Assembly: GCA_965205215.1 (NCBI GenBank)
Contig: OZ242041.1
Span: 896,001 to 960,000 of the forward strand
Origin: Nitrosopumilus sp.
GTDB taxonomy: Archaea > Thermoproteota > Nitrososphaeria > Nitrososphaerales > Nitrosopumilaceae
DNA: 64,000 nucleotides
Reading direction: 5' to 3'
Shown: positions 53,231 to 63,419 of the stretch, piece after piece
Numbering within the stretch: the stretch's first letter is position 1
Layout: each line of letters begins with the position of its first letter
Notes under the pieces: model-generated
The model's input: the letters and a program-made list of their open reading frames with translations, nothing else
The model's database searches: none
Told to the model about the DNA's origin: nothing
Position numbers and translations under genes: made by a program

Positions 53231-55582
53231 GTGCAAACTATAAGGGAAACACTGTGGTTGGTTGGCATCAGACTGCGCGGCGACCTGCGGCATGATGCGC
53301 GTAGATACATGGAGGATGTTCAACGAGCTCTTTCAGACGGGGAAAGGCGGTTCCCGTACATTTCACTATTCGGGCCGTTCTCAACGCACATGATGGAACG
53401 GCAGATAATAGATGCAATGATTACAGCGATTGAGGCACACCCGGATGCAAGATTCTCAACAGACGGACTGTCGTCACGCGTCCATAACAAGCGGCTGGCA
53501 CGAGACCGCGGTGCCATAACCATCAAAATAGAACCCAACGAATCATTAAAGCAGATGAGATACGATATTGCGCAGGCGCTGCTTCCAAGCACCCGGGCGA
53601 CAAAGCACGACCACAGCAGCAAGGACGATTTTGAGTTTTACGTTACGCTGGCCGTTGGCAACACCGACAAGCGATTCAAGGACATAAGCGGAGATATCGA
53701 GTTCCTAGAGCTGAAACATGAAGACATCAAGCCGGAGTTGGTTTTATATCGCGGCAAAAAACCGGTCTTCACATATTTGGCAGGGCACGGTGCCACGCCC
53801 GCAAGGCCCAGAGATTTGTATGCCGACCCAGAAACATTCCAACGCAATCCACACCCAAACACAAATCGAGGCCGGAATCACAGGAAGGGCCGTAGGGATG
53901 CCACGGGCCCACAAGCGCGACGGCCTCGACAACCCTCGCCGCGTACTGAAATCCACAACAGGGATACCGGCCCAAGGGGCCTGAAAGGCGTGGCAGGCAT
54001 GAGGGATCTAAAAAACCTCCTAATATCCGACGTGATAAACCCACTCAGGCACCCCGAGCAATTTAAAAAATTCAAGGTTACTATGCCCAACGGCATACTT
54101 CTACACGGTCCACCGGGCTGCGGCAAGACGTTTATCGTCAGAAAGCTGGCCGAGGAGCTAGACTATAATTTTTTTGAAGTGGCGCACTCGGATCTTGCAA
54201 CGCCCTACATACACGGCTCAGTCGGCAACATCGGAAGAGTGTTCTCAGCGGCCCTGGAAAACGCCCCCGCAATCATATTTTTTGACGAGATAAGCGGACT
54301 GATACCAGATAGGTCGAAGGCTTCCAACACCGGCGACATCTACAAGGAGGAAGAGGTCAACGAGTTCCTCATGCAGCTTAACAACGCCGCCGAGAGGAGG
54401 ATACTGGTGGTCGGCGCGACAAACTACGTAGACAGGATGGATCCAGCCGCTTTGAGGCCCGGCAGGTTTGACAAGAAGATATACGTCCCCCCTCCGGACT
54501 TTGAGGCCCGCAGGTCGCTGTTTGAGATAGGGCTAACGGACCGCCCATGCGACAAGAGCGTCGACTCTGATCAGCTGGCGGAACTGACCGAGGGGTTTTC
54601 GTGCGCCGACATCATCAAGGACGCGATTGAATCTTCCGCACGGTTCGCAGTCAATCGGGGCCTAGACGTGATTGGCCAAGACATCATACGCAACGAGATA
54701 GCTCGCATATCGAAAAGAATAAGCGCGAATCGCCACCACGTACAACCCGCGCTACGATCTCGGCTACGCGCGGAAAGTGGCAGTGACGATTCTGGTCCGA
54801 GAGGCTTGGAAGGCGTCGCAGGCATGAAGGAGCTAAAAAACCTCCTAATATCCGACGTGATAAATCCGCTCAAATATCCCGAGAAATTTGAGAAATTCAA
54901 GGTTACGGTGCCCAACGGCATACTTCTACACGGTCCACCGGGCTGCGGCAAGACGTTTATCGTCAGAAAGCTGGCCGAGGAGCTAGACTATAATTTTTTT
55001 GAAGTGGCGCACTCGGATCTTGCAACGCCCTACATACACGGCTCAGTCGGCAACATCGGGCGCGCGTTCTCAGCGGCCCAGGAGGACGCACCTGCAATAC
55101 TCTTCTTTGATGAGATCAGCGGCCTGATTCCAAACAGAAAAAATTCACTAGGCCACAGCGGCACCCACAAGGAGGAAGAGGTCAACGAGTTCCTCATGCA
55201 GCTTAACAACGCCGCCGAGAGGAGGATACTGGTGGTCGGCGCGACAAACTACGTAGACAGGATGGATCCAGCCGCTTTGAGGCCCGGCAGGTTTGACAAG
55301 AAGATATACGTCCCCCCTCCGGACTTTGAGGCCCGCAGGTCGCTGTTTGAGATAGGGCTAACGGACCGCCCATGCGACCAGAATGTCGACTCTGATCAGC
55401 TGGCGGAACTGACCGAGGGGTTTTCGTGCGCCGACATCATCAAGGACGCGATTGAATCTTCCGCACGGTTCGCAGTCAATCGGGATCTGGACGCGATTGA
55501 TCAGAACATCATACGCAACGAGATAGCGCGGATATCAAGGAGAAAAGCCGCACAATCAGCGGATGAATTGGGCAATACATAA
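53231..55582 (+). CDS. inactivated 2H domain fused to tandem AAA+ ATPase (CDC48-like architecture)
   Basis: PYISL and FYVTL replace the HxT motifs; two copies of GPPGCGKT / FFDE / ATN...DPAALRPGRFD with an 825-bp period; start estimated. Confidence 0.88.
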   Translation: MQTIRETLWLVGIRLRGDLRHDARRYMEDVQRALSDGERRFPYISLFGPFSTHMMERQIIDAMITAIEAHPDARFSTDGLSSRVHNKRLARDRGAITIKIEPNESLKQMRYDIAQALLPSTRATKHDHSSKDDFEFYVTLAVGNTDKRFKDISGDIEFLELKHEDIKPELVLYRGKKPVFTYLAGHGATPARPRDLYADPETFQRNPHPNTNRGRNHRKGRRDATGPQARRPRQPSPRTEIHNRDTGPRGLKGVAGMRDLKNLLISDVINPLRHPEQFKKFKVTMPNGILLHGPPGCGKTFIVRKLAEELDYNFFEVAHSDLATPYIHGSVGNIGRVFSAALENAPAIIFFDEISGLIPDRSKASNTGDIYKEEEVNEFLMQLNNAAERRILVVGATNYVDRMDPAALRPGRFDKKIYVPPPDFEARRSLFEIGLTDRPCDKSVDSDQLAELTEGFSCADIIKDAIESSARFAVNRGLDVIGQDIIRNEIARISKRISANRHHVQPALRSRLRAESGSDDSGPRGLEGVAGMKELKNLLISDVINPLKYPEKFEKFKVTVPNGILLHGPPGCGKTFIVRKLAEELDYNFFEVAHSDLATPYIHGSVGNIGRAFSAAQEDAPAILFFDEISGLIPNRKNSLGHSGTHKEEEVNEFLMQLNNAAERRILVVGATNYVDRMDPAALRPGRFDKKIYVPPPDFEARRSLFEIGLTDRPCDQNVDSDQLAELTEGFSCADIIKDAIESSARFAVNRDLDAIDQNIIRNEIARISRRKAAQSADELGNT

Positions 55583-55611
55583 CAGCGTGCGCCGCGGGAT
55601 GAGTCGTTGAG

Positions 55612-56871
55612 TTGGCACCAACATCCAGAACCGAAGTCAAGCGCAGAGCCGGAAGTAGCCGGCGGCGACTGCCATCTCGTGTCAAAAAATACATGATAGA
55701 GATCAGGGTCGGAGGGCAACAAAATGAGGTACTCAGGCATCTTGTCAAGGTCATAGAGAAAAACTTTGGCGCCAAAAGCAAGTTCAGGCACGTCCCCCAC
55801 GTCACCATAATAGGGACACTGAGTACATCAAACCAGAGAGATCTCATAAACACCGTGCGGAACGTGGCAAAAGATTATGATCTGGTGAGCTTTCGCCTTG
55901 TTGGTTTTGGCGAATTTTCGGGGCGCGCCATATACGCGCACGTCTGCCCGTCAGATGAATTGAGGGAGATGCGGCAGAAACTTGTCAAGAGTCTTGGCAG
56001 GTTCTGCGAGCTCAAAACATACGATATGAAGGAAGATTTCAAACCCCACGCCACCTTGTGCCTCGACACAGATCTACCAGAGAAAACAGAGGTCGGCATC
56101 AAGAGAAAGTTTGGCAAAATACTAGAATTTTTGGAGAGCTGGAAGCTGTTGGATCATAGACAGCACGCGTTACGGGTAAGCGTAATCGGCGAAAACCGGA
56201 AGATAGTATGCGAATATGATTTGATGCTCCGGAGAATGATCAGCAGGGATGAGGCGCTCAACAGGACGCTATTCAAAAAAACAATGTCGGCTTTTGAGAA
56301 GAGGATGAAAAGATCTGGCACAAATGCAGGAAAGCGTCTGAATTTCACAGACGAAAGCGAACACCTTGGAAGAGTTTTCGTACTTAGTGACCTGCATTTC
56401 GATCATACGAGCATCATAAGGCGCTGCAGGAGGCCATTCTCGTCCACCCAGCAGATGAACCGCATACTGGTCAACAACTGGAACGACAGGGTGAGGAAGG
56501 GCGACAGGGTGTATTACCTCGGCGACATGACACATGGAAGAGAAAGAAGATCCATCGACTTTTGGCTTTCAAAGCTGAACGGCGAGGTGCGCTTTATACG
56601 AGGAAGCCACGACACTGACGCCATTACAAGGGCGGAAGTGATAAAGGACAGATTTCCCATCAGATATGGCGGCTTCGAATTTCTTTTGATGCATGATCCT
56701 TACAGGCCGGTGTACTGGGACGGGTGGATCATACATGGAGACAAGTACAATAGCAACCCTGTTACATACCCACACATCAACAGAAGAAATAAGACGATCA
56801 ACGTTTGTTCCGAGTATACTGGATATGCCCCGATGAGTCTTGATGAGATCATCGCAAAGATTCCCAAATGA
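55612..56871 (+). CDS. 2H-phosphoesterase + metallophosphoesterase fusion (MPE partly degenerate)
   Basis: PHVTI, PHATL; DLHFDH, GD, GSHD, HGDKY; true start may be ATG 55693. Confidence 0.85.
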   Translation: MAPTSRTEVKRRAGSSRRRLPSRVKKYMIEIRVGGQQNEVLRHLVKVIEKNFGAKSKFRHVPHVTIIGTLSTSNQRDLINTVRNVAKDYDLVSFRLVGFGEFSGRAIYAHVCPSDELREMRQKLVKSLGRFCELKTYDMKEDFKPHATLCLDTDLPEKTEVGIKRKFGKILEFLESWKLLDHRQHALRVSVIGENRKIVCEYDLMLRRMISRDEALNRTLFKKTMSAFEKRMKRSGTNAGKRLNFTDESEHLGRVFVLSDLHFDHTSIIRRCRRPFSSTQQMNRILVNNWNDRVRKGDRVYYLGDMTHGRERRSIDFWLSKLNGEVRFIRGSHDTDAITRAEVIKDRFPIRYGGFEFLLMHDPYRPVYWDGWIIHGDKYNSNPVTYPHINRRNKTINVCSEYTGYAPMSLDEIIAKIPK

Positions 56872-57187
56872 GGAATGCGGTAACTGGTCAGGCCATACCT
56901 ATTTCTCCAGTCGAAGAGATGATCTTCATGCCTCGATTTCGCAATCGCCTGATCACGTGCATAAATTCAAAACTATAAACAAGATTCTCAAGTCACGTTA
57001 ACTAAAGTGCGCCTACGCTGAACCGGGGTTGATTCTGCATTACAATTATGCGCCTGTTTCCACGTATTTGGTGGGACAGAGTCACAACTCTGCAACCTAG
57101 GAATCAGTGTGGAGCCAACGGAGAGGATTTGACAAGCATGAGAACAGGTTGAAATACAGGTTTTCAGGATCTTGAGATGAGAGATAC

Positions 57188-58525
57188 ATGGCTAACCGGC
57201 GGCAATACAAGCCATATCGATACAGGCATGGCAGAAACCGCGCAAGAAGAGGCCGCAAAGTGGCGGCCATCGTGACTGCAGTGGCCGTTTCTCTTTTACT
57301 AGTTACCATGTTTGCATATGATGGCTGGCCACTCAGACTTGTCAATGAGACGCATGAGGATGTGGGAGATGAGACAGATCCGGTTGGAGACGGTGCGGCC
57401 GAGCCCTCCAGCCTGCAGGAAACCGCCCCTGCCAACACTGATGACGAGCAACAGACGGTGAATGGCGCGGCCGAGCCCTCCAGCCTGCAGGAAACCGCCC
57501 CTGCCAACACTGATGACGAGCAACAGACGGTGAATGGCGCGGCCGAGCTGAGAATGCACATGCTGCGTCTCATCAACGCCGAACGAGCCGTCGCAGGGCT
57601 CGATCCGGTCGAGCTTGGAACAAACACAGCAGCGCAGTACCATGCAGACTCCATGCTGGACAGCTGTACTTCCGGACACTGGGGGGTGGACGGACTCAAG
57701 CCTTACATGAGATACTCGCTTGCAGGAGGACACCAGTATAATGCGGAGAATGTCTACGGCCTAAGCTACTGCATAAAACCGTGGGAGAACTATGTCACTG
57801 TACACCCTAGGGCGGAGGTATCGGAGTCCATGAGATCACTCATGTCAAGCCCCGGACACCGCGACAACATACTTGATCCTCACCACGTGTCGGTAAATGT
57901 CGGTCTGGCGTGGGACGACTACAACATGATGGTGGTGCAGCATTTTGAGTATGATTATGCGTCGTTTTCCAAAAAGCCGTCCATAGACGGCGATGTCCTG
58001 TCCTTTTCTCTTACTACGAAAAACGGCGCCACGATTTCAGACGATTCTACAATACAGATACAGTATGACCCGCCTCCGTACGAACTTACGCGGGGACAGA
58101 TTGCCAGCACCTACTGCTATGATTACGGCCTTTCAGCAGCTACGATACTGCCCCCTCTGCCTCCGGGCTCGTACTACACTGACGACTCTTATCAGGAACA
58201 TTCTTCCTCAAAATGTCCGGATCCATACCGCATCCCTCCCACCGCTCCGGCGCCTGAATCCGTTTGGGGTGCGCTTGAGGCCCACAGACAGGCCGTGGAC
58301 AGTAGCGAGGGGAGCGACAACGCGCCTGCGCGGATGGTTCCGTTCCTTGTTGCCGACAGATGGGACTCGTCCCCAAATCATCTGAACGTGGTTGCCGACA
58401 TATCAGAGATTATCTCAGAGCGCGGGGCCGGAGTATACACCATAACGGTATGGGGTTTTGTACGCGGGGATGCCCCGATAGGCGAGTACTCGGTATTTTA
58501 TGACATCCGCCCGCCGGACGGCTAG
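57188..58525 (+). CDS. membrane-anchored CAP domain protein
   Basis: Arg-rich N-terminus, TM helix, LINAER, AENV, MSSPGHRDNILDP; 72-bp duplication 57395-57548. Confidence 0.85.
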   Translation: MANRRQYKPYRYRHGRNRARRGRKVAAIVTAVAVSLLLVTMFAYDGWPLRLVNETHEDVGDETDPVGDGAAEPSSLQETAPANTDDEQQTVNGAAEPSSLQETAPANTDDEQQTVNGAAELRMHMLRLINAERAVAGLDPVELGTNTAAQYHADSMLDSCTSGHWGVDGLKPYMRYSLAGGHQYNAENVYGLSYCIKPWENYVTVHPRAEVSESMRSLMSSPGHRDNILDPHHVSVNVGLAWDDYNMMVVQHFEYDYASFSKKPSIDGDVLSFSLTTKNGATISDDSTIQIQYDPPPYELTRGQIASTYCYDYGLSAATILPPLPPGSYYTDDSYQEHSSSKCPDPYRIPPTAPAPESVWGALEAHRQAVDSSEGSDNAPARMVPFLVADRWDSSPNHLNVVADISEIISERGAGVYTITVWGFVRGDAPIGEYSVFYDIRPPDG

Positions 58526-58542
58526 ATTAGATATTATGATAA

Positions 58543-58806
58543 TTGAAGTTAGGGCTGGCTCGTCACCTATCTCTAGAGTTCGTCCCTTTTCCTGCTACTA
58601 GGATCCTGTTTGCAATGTCGACGTCTGACTCGGAGGGGATTGACATGAAGACCATCAAGAAGTCTGGTATTGTCCAAGGCACGTTGGCAAAATCGTTGGT
58701 CAGACTTGAGCGCAAGGGGCTAGTGCATCGTTGTGGATATGGAAAGCACAGACTGTCGCTGTCTCTGTTGGGGGAATACCTGAAGAGAAGGATCCCACAG
58801 ATGTGA
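58543..58806 (+). CDS. winged-HTH (MarR-like) small protein or fragment
   Basis: SGIVQGTLAKSLVRLERKGLV...LSLSLLGE. Confidence 0.45.
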   Translation: MKLGLARHLSLEFVPFPATRILFAMSTSDSEGIDMKTIKKSGIVQGTLAKSLVRLERKGLVHRCGYGKHRLSLSLLGEYLKRRIPQM

Positions 58807-58877
58807 TGCCACATTTGCGCTACGACATGCAGAGAGAGGAGGGAAGGCGTAAATCCGCTATACCTCAGCCTAGGATC

Positions 58878-58978
58878 TTGCCATCTTTGCCATCTTTGCC
58901 ATCTTTGCCATCTTTGCCATAGTTTGCCATCTTTGCCATCTTTGCCATAGTTTGCCATCTTTGCCATAGTTTGCCATC
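58878..58978 (+). repeat. 9/10-bp tandem repeat TTTGCCATC / TTTGCCATAG x~11
   Basis: Read directly. Confidence 0.95.
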
Positions 58979-59196
58979 ATCACATCGTCTACCAATCTGA
59001 GCCCATCATGGATCTAGACCTCGACTGTACAGTATACGACAAGGATCTCTACAGGAAGATGAAGTCACAAATGAGATGTCAGTCCAGTCATAGCCAAATC
59101 ATTCCAGTTCGTCCATCTGCCAGCCCACTACCCATCGGCCTTAGTATTGTTGACTTAGGTACCATGGACGTGAACCATCTCTCCTTGAGATATGCT

Positions 59197-59815
59197 TAAC
59201 CGCCTTTGTCACCGAACTTACTGACATTGGTGCCCGTGCCGCGCCCGGTGCTGGTGCCCTTCCCATATACCTGATGCCTGTCAAAGTCGACAAAGTCGAC
59301 AATCTTGTCGGCTTTGTCGACACTCGTGTCTGGAACGCCCAAAGAATCTACAAGTCTAATAACGCCTCGTGCGGAGGTGCGGCGGAACCGGGCGCCTGAA
59401 CGCGGTGACAAGTCGGATTATTCGTTTGCGAATGTTGTTCCAAAACTTCTTGTCCGTTTCAGGAATCGGGGTATGCCGCGGAACGACTGAACGGTGAACC
59501 TGCCAGCGCGCCGCCGGCCGGGCGTGCTTTTCGCGGGACGGTCGGGCCGCCGGGCCCGACTGTATGTGGGAGGGGGCCGCCGCTAGGCGGCCCCCGGTCG
59601 TTTCGGGGTTGCCGCGCGCGGGTTCGTCTTGTCTGTCCAAGGGTAATGCGAGTCCGGCCGCCCGCCGGGCCGTGCGTGGCGCGGCTGTCCGGACGGCGCC
59701 GTATGCATATTGTGCACGTGTCTGGTGCATATTATGCATCCGGAATATGCATATTATGCACGCCGGAATGCCTCGAAATGCATATTATGCATCCCCCGTA
59801 TGCATATTATGCAGT
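59197..59815 (+). other. repeat/hairpin module, copy C (no AbrB gene)
   Basis: Core closely matches copy A; hairpins 59541-59560 and 59572-59595; five TGCATATTRTGCA sites 59704-59813. Confidence 0.8.
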
Positions 59816-60463
59816 GGGGGCAGAGGCACGCGCTTGCCCGATGGGACTCCGACCGAATCTTGTTGCTTAAACAGGCATCTGACGGCGGCAAGGATAGAAT
59901 TCCCGACCGGGGCAGACGGCCTGTGCTGAAAGCGGGATCGAGAACCATCCGCCCCGGAACGTATCGGCCGCGAGGTGCGCGCCATCAGAAGCCAACGCAT
60001 ATCAGACCGAGTCCGACCACCTGATGCCACAGCTGCCCGAAATATCTCACGTGGGGATGTGACGAACCTGGATCCGTCGCGCGCTGAGCCTCCTGCGCCG
60101 CCACCGCAGCCAGGCTTTGCACCGCCGCCGTTGACGGAAGCATCCGTGGCCAGACAGGCGGGCGCCGCCTGCTTGCGGCAGTAATCAAGCAGGCGCAAGC
60201 GCAGATCCTCATCGCCGTCCTTGGCGGCCGGGGATGACGATCGTTCCGGATCTGGGACTGCTTGGAATGCGCCCTGCCGGCGGCGCCCTCCGGGGCGGGC
60301 GTGCGGGACGTTGCGTCCTGAGGATTCGCATTCGCTGGCAGCAGGCGTCCGGTTCCTTCAAGGTTTTGTCAGACTCCCCCTTCTGGCCTTGGATGCGGAC
60401 GGGAGTCTGTGGCCGCCCGCATCTCACGACAGGTTTAATTTTTACGCTCTGGTACGGCATGCA

Positions 60464-60982
60464 ATGAACGACATACTGGAGGGGTTCATGGCATACCTGG
60501 AGGAGAACGGGCTGGCGGAGTTTGACACGAGGGACGGGGACGAGTCCGGCCTTGACAGCAAGAACAGGCTTCAATGGTGCGTGTTTCTGGCAAAGCGCTT
60601 TGGACTGGACATGAACTACGAGTACGACATATGCTTCTACGGGCCCCAGTCCAGGGCCCTGTCGGGCGACTACCTAAAATACGCAGAGAATCATGTGGGA
60701 AGCCCGGATGGCAGGACGGCGACCGCCTAGGTCGTGATACAGCTTCCGGAGTCCTTCCGAAGCGGGGAGTTTCTGAGCCTTGTCAGGGGCAGGAGCAGCG
60801 ACTGGATGGAGATCGCCACCACGCTGATAAGCCGTAGCGCAACCATCCCGAACAGAAGGGACCTGATCGAAAATATAGAATGGACCACAAACGGGTTTTC
60901 CATAGGGTACATCGCAAGCGTGCTGGATGACCTGCAGGCAGCGCACGTGATAGACCCGGAGCGGCAGCCTACAGGCGCGTGA
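60464..60982 (+). pseudogene. YwgA/SocA(Panacea)-like protein with one in-frame TAG
   Basis: RLQWCVFLAK...YGPQS resembles LQKxxYL...YGPYS; TAG 60728-60730, same frame continues to 60982. Confidence 0.6.
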
Positions 60983-61410
60983 GTATCTTTGATCGCGTGT
61001 TTCGTTTCCCGTCGTGACAAAGCTTCAACTCATGGCCGCAGACGCTTCTATTTTCTGTCAACAGGCCATCAGGCGTGAACAGGAATTTGGAGTCCGGGTC
61101 GGCCGGGGCAATGGGACAGTAGCTCCGCGTCCACGGTGCCGCTGCCCCCCCGACCTAGATGTCGTCTCCAACACCGCCGCCCGTGATCCCGGAGCCGCCT
61201 CCCACGCCACAGCCGGACGCCCCGCGGGTCTGCTGGTAATCCATCCGCCCTTCCACTCTCCAGCTGTACACTGCAACCGGAAGGCCGAGTTCTTTACAAT
61301 CTGCCAAACCGCCAGTCAAATGTGGGAGCGCGGCGGTATGACCGGGGAGTGCGCGAATAAGCCGCGGCCGCCTGTCGTTCCTCCCGCTCCTACTTCCGCC
61401 GGATCCACTG

Positions 61411-61847
61411 GTGCTGGTGCCGTCCCTGTGCTGGTGCCGTCCCTGTGCTGGTGCCGTCCCTGTGCTGGTGCCGTCCCTGTGCTGGTGCCGTCCCTGTGCT
61501 GGTGCCGTCCCTGTGCTGGTGCCGTCCCTGTGCTGGTGCCGTCCCTGTGCTGGTGCCGTCCCTGTGCTGGTGCCGTCCCTGTGCTGGTGCCGTCCCTGTG
61601 CTGGTGCCGTCCCTGTGCTGGTGCCGTCCCTGTGCTGGTGCCGTCCCTGTGCTGGTGCCGTCCCTGTGCTGGTGCCGTCCCTGTGCTGGTGCCGTCCCTG
61701 TGCTGGTGCCGTCCCTGTGCTGGTGCCGTCCCTGTGCTGGTGCCGTCCCTGTGCTGGTGCCGTCCCTGTGCTGGTGCCGTCCCTGTGCTGGTGCCGTCCC
61801 TGTGCTGGTGCCGTCCCTGTGCTGGTGCCGTCCCTGTGCTGGTGCCG
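61411..61847 (+). repeat. 17-bp perfect tandem repeat GTGCTGGTGCCGTCCCT x25 plus a partial copy
   Basis: Read directly; no spacers. Confidence 0.97.
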
Positions 61848-62430
61848 GTGTCCCCCCGTGCTTGGCGCCTGCCAGAGTCGTCAAAGTCTGCAAAGTCGAA
61901 GACATTGACGACACCCGTGCCTGGGGCGCCCAGAAAGCCTACAAGCCTAAACGCCTCATGCTGGAGCGCGGCGGACTTGGTGGACCTTATTACAAGCCGT
62001 ACACTGATGTATCGGAGTGGTGACGCGTGTCGTACGCTGCCGCGACGTTCTGACTGCGCATGTCTGGAAGACCATACGCGCAAAGCTAGATCCCGCGCAA
62101 ATCAACCTCCGACAATGAGGAAAGCTGCGGACCTGCCTGAAGTGAAGACGAGCTACCGTTCTGGGCGCAACCTCCTAACCGGACTGATCGACGCGGCGCG
62201 CTCTGGGAGTCGGCGCATGCCGCGGGACGACTGAAGGGTGAGCATGCTGGCGCGCCGTCGGCCTGGTGTGTTTTTCGAGGACAGCCGGGACGTCAGTCCG
62301 GGCTGTCCGACGAGGGGGCCGCCGCCAAGCGGCCCCCGAGTGTGAGTGCCGGGCCGCGCGGGTTGTTGTCTGGGTGACGTGTCAATATGCGAATGGTATA
62401 TTCGACTCGTACCGTCAAGTCATGCCGCAT

Positions 62431-62696
62431 GTTTCACATGCTTTGCCTGTGCGCCAAACGCGCGCTTTACATGCTTTGCCTGTGCGCCAAACGCGCGCTT
62501 TACATGCTTTGCCTGTGCGCCAAACGCGCGCTTTACATGCTTTACCGGTGTTCCGGGCGCATGTTTCACATGCTTTGCCTGTGCGCCAAACGCGCGCTTT
62601 ACATGCTTTGCCATCTTTGCCTGTTTTACCTGTGAGCCGAACGCGTGTTTCACATGCTTTGCCTGTGCGCCGTACACCTGCTTTACATGCTTTGCC
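62431..62696 (+). repeat. 33-bp repeat TTTACATGCTTTGCCTGTGCGCCAAACGCGCGC, ~8 variable copies
   Basis: Read directly; ends at the AbrB promoter. Confidence 0.9.
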
Positions 62697-62734
62697 AGCT
62701 TTTACCCTTAAGTGGATATGACGTGTCAGGGGTC

Positions 62735-63049
62735 ATGGAAGAGGAAATAATCGAGCGCACGGTACAGCTAAGCCGGGGATCGTTCATCCTAACGATACCA
62801 CAGGCCATAGCAAAAGAGGCGGGGATCCGCAAGGGGCAGGGCGTCAGGTTTCGGGTCAGGGGCGGGGAGATTGTACTCAGCCCCACCGACGTCGCCGGCG
62901 GTGGCGGTGGCGGCGCTGCGGATCCTGCGGGCCCCGACAAGTACGAGAGGGCCATAGAGGAGATGATGGCCAAGAACGAATCCAAAAGGTCCGGCGGCCG
63001 GGGCGCGGCATCCGGGAGAAGCAAGCTGGAAAGGCTGCGGATCAAGTGA
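62735..63049 (+). CDS. AbrB/MazE/SpoVT-type DNA-binding protein
   Basis: RTVQLSRGSFILTIPQAIAKEAGIRKGQGVRF; C-terminal tail nearly identical to 10218-10529; CTTAAG box upstream. Confidence 0.85.
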   Translation: MEEEIIERTVQLSRGSFILTIPQAIAKEAGIRKGQGVRFRVRGGEIVLSPTDVAGGGGGGAADPAGPDKYERAIEEMMAKNESKRSGGRGAASGRSKLERLRIK

Positions 63050-63167
63050 CCGTAACGGAACTCGCGCTTCTCGTCATCGGACAGCCGATCGCGGATCTGC
63101 CACACCGCCTACGTGATCTGCGGGGAAGGGACGGCGGCGGCCCGACGGCGGGAACGGGCTGCGGTAG

Positions 63168-63209
63168 TACGCGCGAAGTTTCATAGAGTTCTATGATTCT
63201 TTGCGCGTA
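63168..63209. repeat. degenerate 42-bp palindrome of the 11001 family
   Basis: TACGCGCGAAGTTTCA-TAGAGTTCTA-TGATTCTTTGCGCGTA. Confidence 0.8.
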
Positions 63210-63371
63210 ACCGCCGCCGCCCGTTCATGCCCCCGTGCCGGCCCCGCCGCTCTGGTTGTGTGGGGGGGGGGGGAGAGGGCGGAGCCCCCCATGGTGTGAC
63301 GGCAGTGGCAGGAAGGGCCATGGTATGCGGTGCGGAAAGCGGCCTACGCCGGGAGGCTGCCCAGGCGACGT

Positions 63372-63419
63372 AGTTACCCGGTAACAATCATAGTGCTCTA
63401 TGATTGTTTCCGGGTAACC
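63372..63419. repeat. 48-bp palindrome, near-copy of 11001-11048
   Basis: AGTTACCCGGTAACAATCAT-AGTGCTCT-ATGATTGTTTCCGGGTAACC. Confidence 0.93.

Larger units (their letters stand above)
61390..63049 (+). other. repeat/hairpin/AbrB module, copy D
   Basis: Core 61850-62425 homologous to B (and to A at its 5' end); hairpins 62279-62308 and 62314-62337. Confidence 0.8.

Noticed and set aside
60728-60730. Pyrrolysine or other recoded amber codon
   Set aside because: No pyl genes in view and TAG terminates several core genes here
61411-61847. CRISPR array
   Set aside because: Units are head-to-tail with no spacers and there are no cas genes; the same applies to the 33-bp arrays at 9931 and 62431
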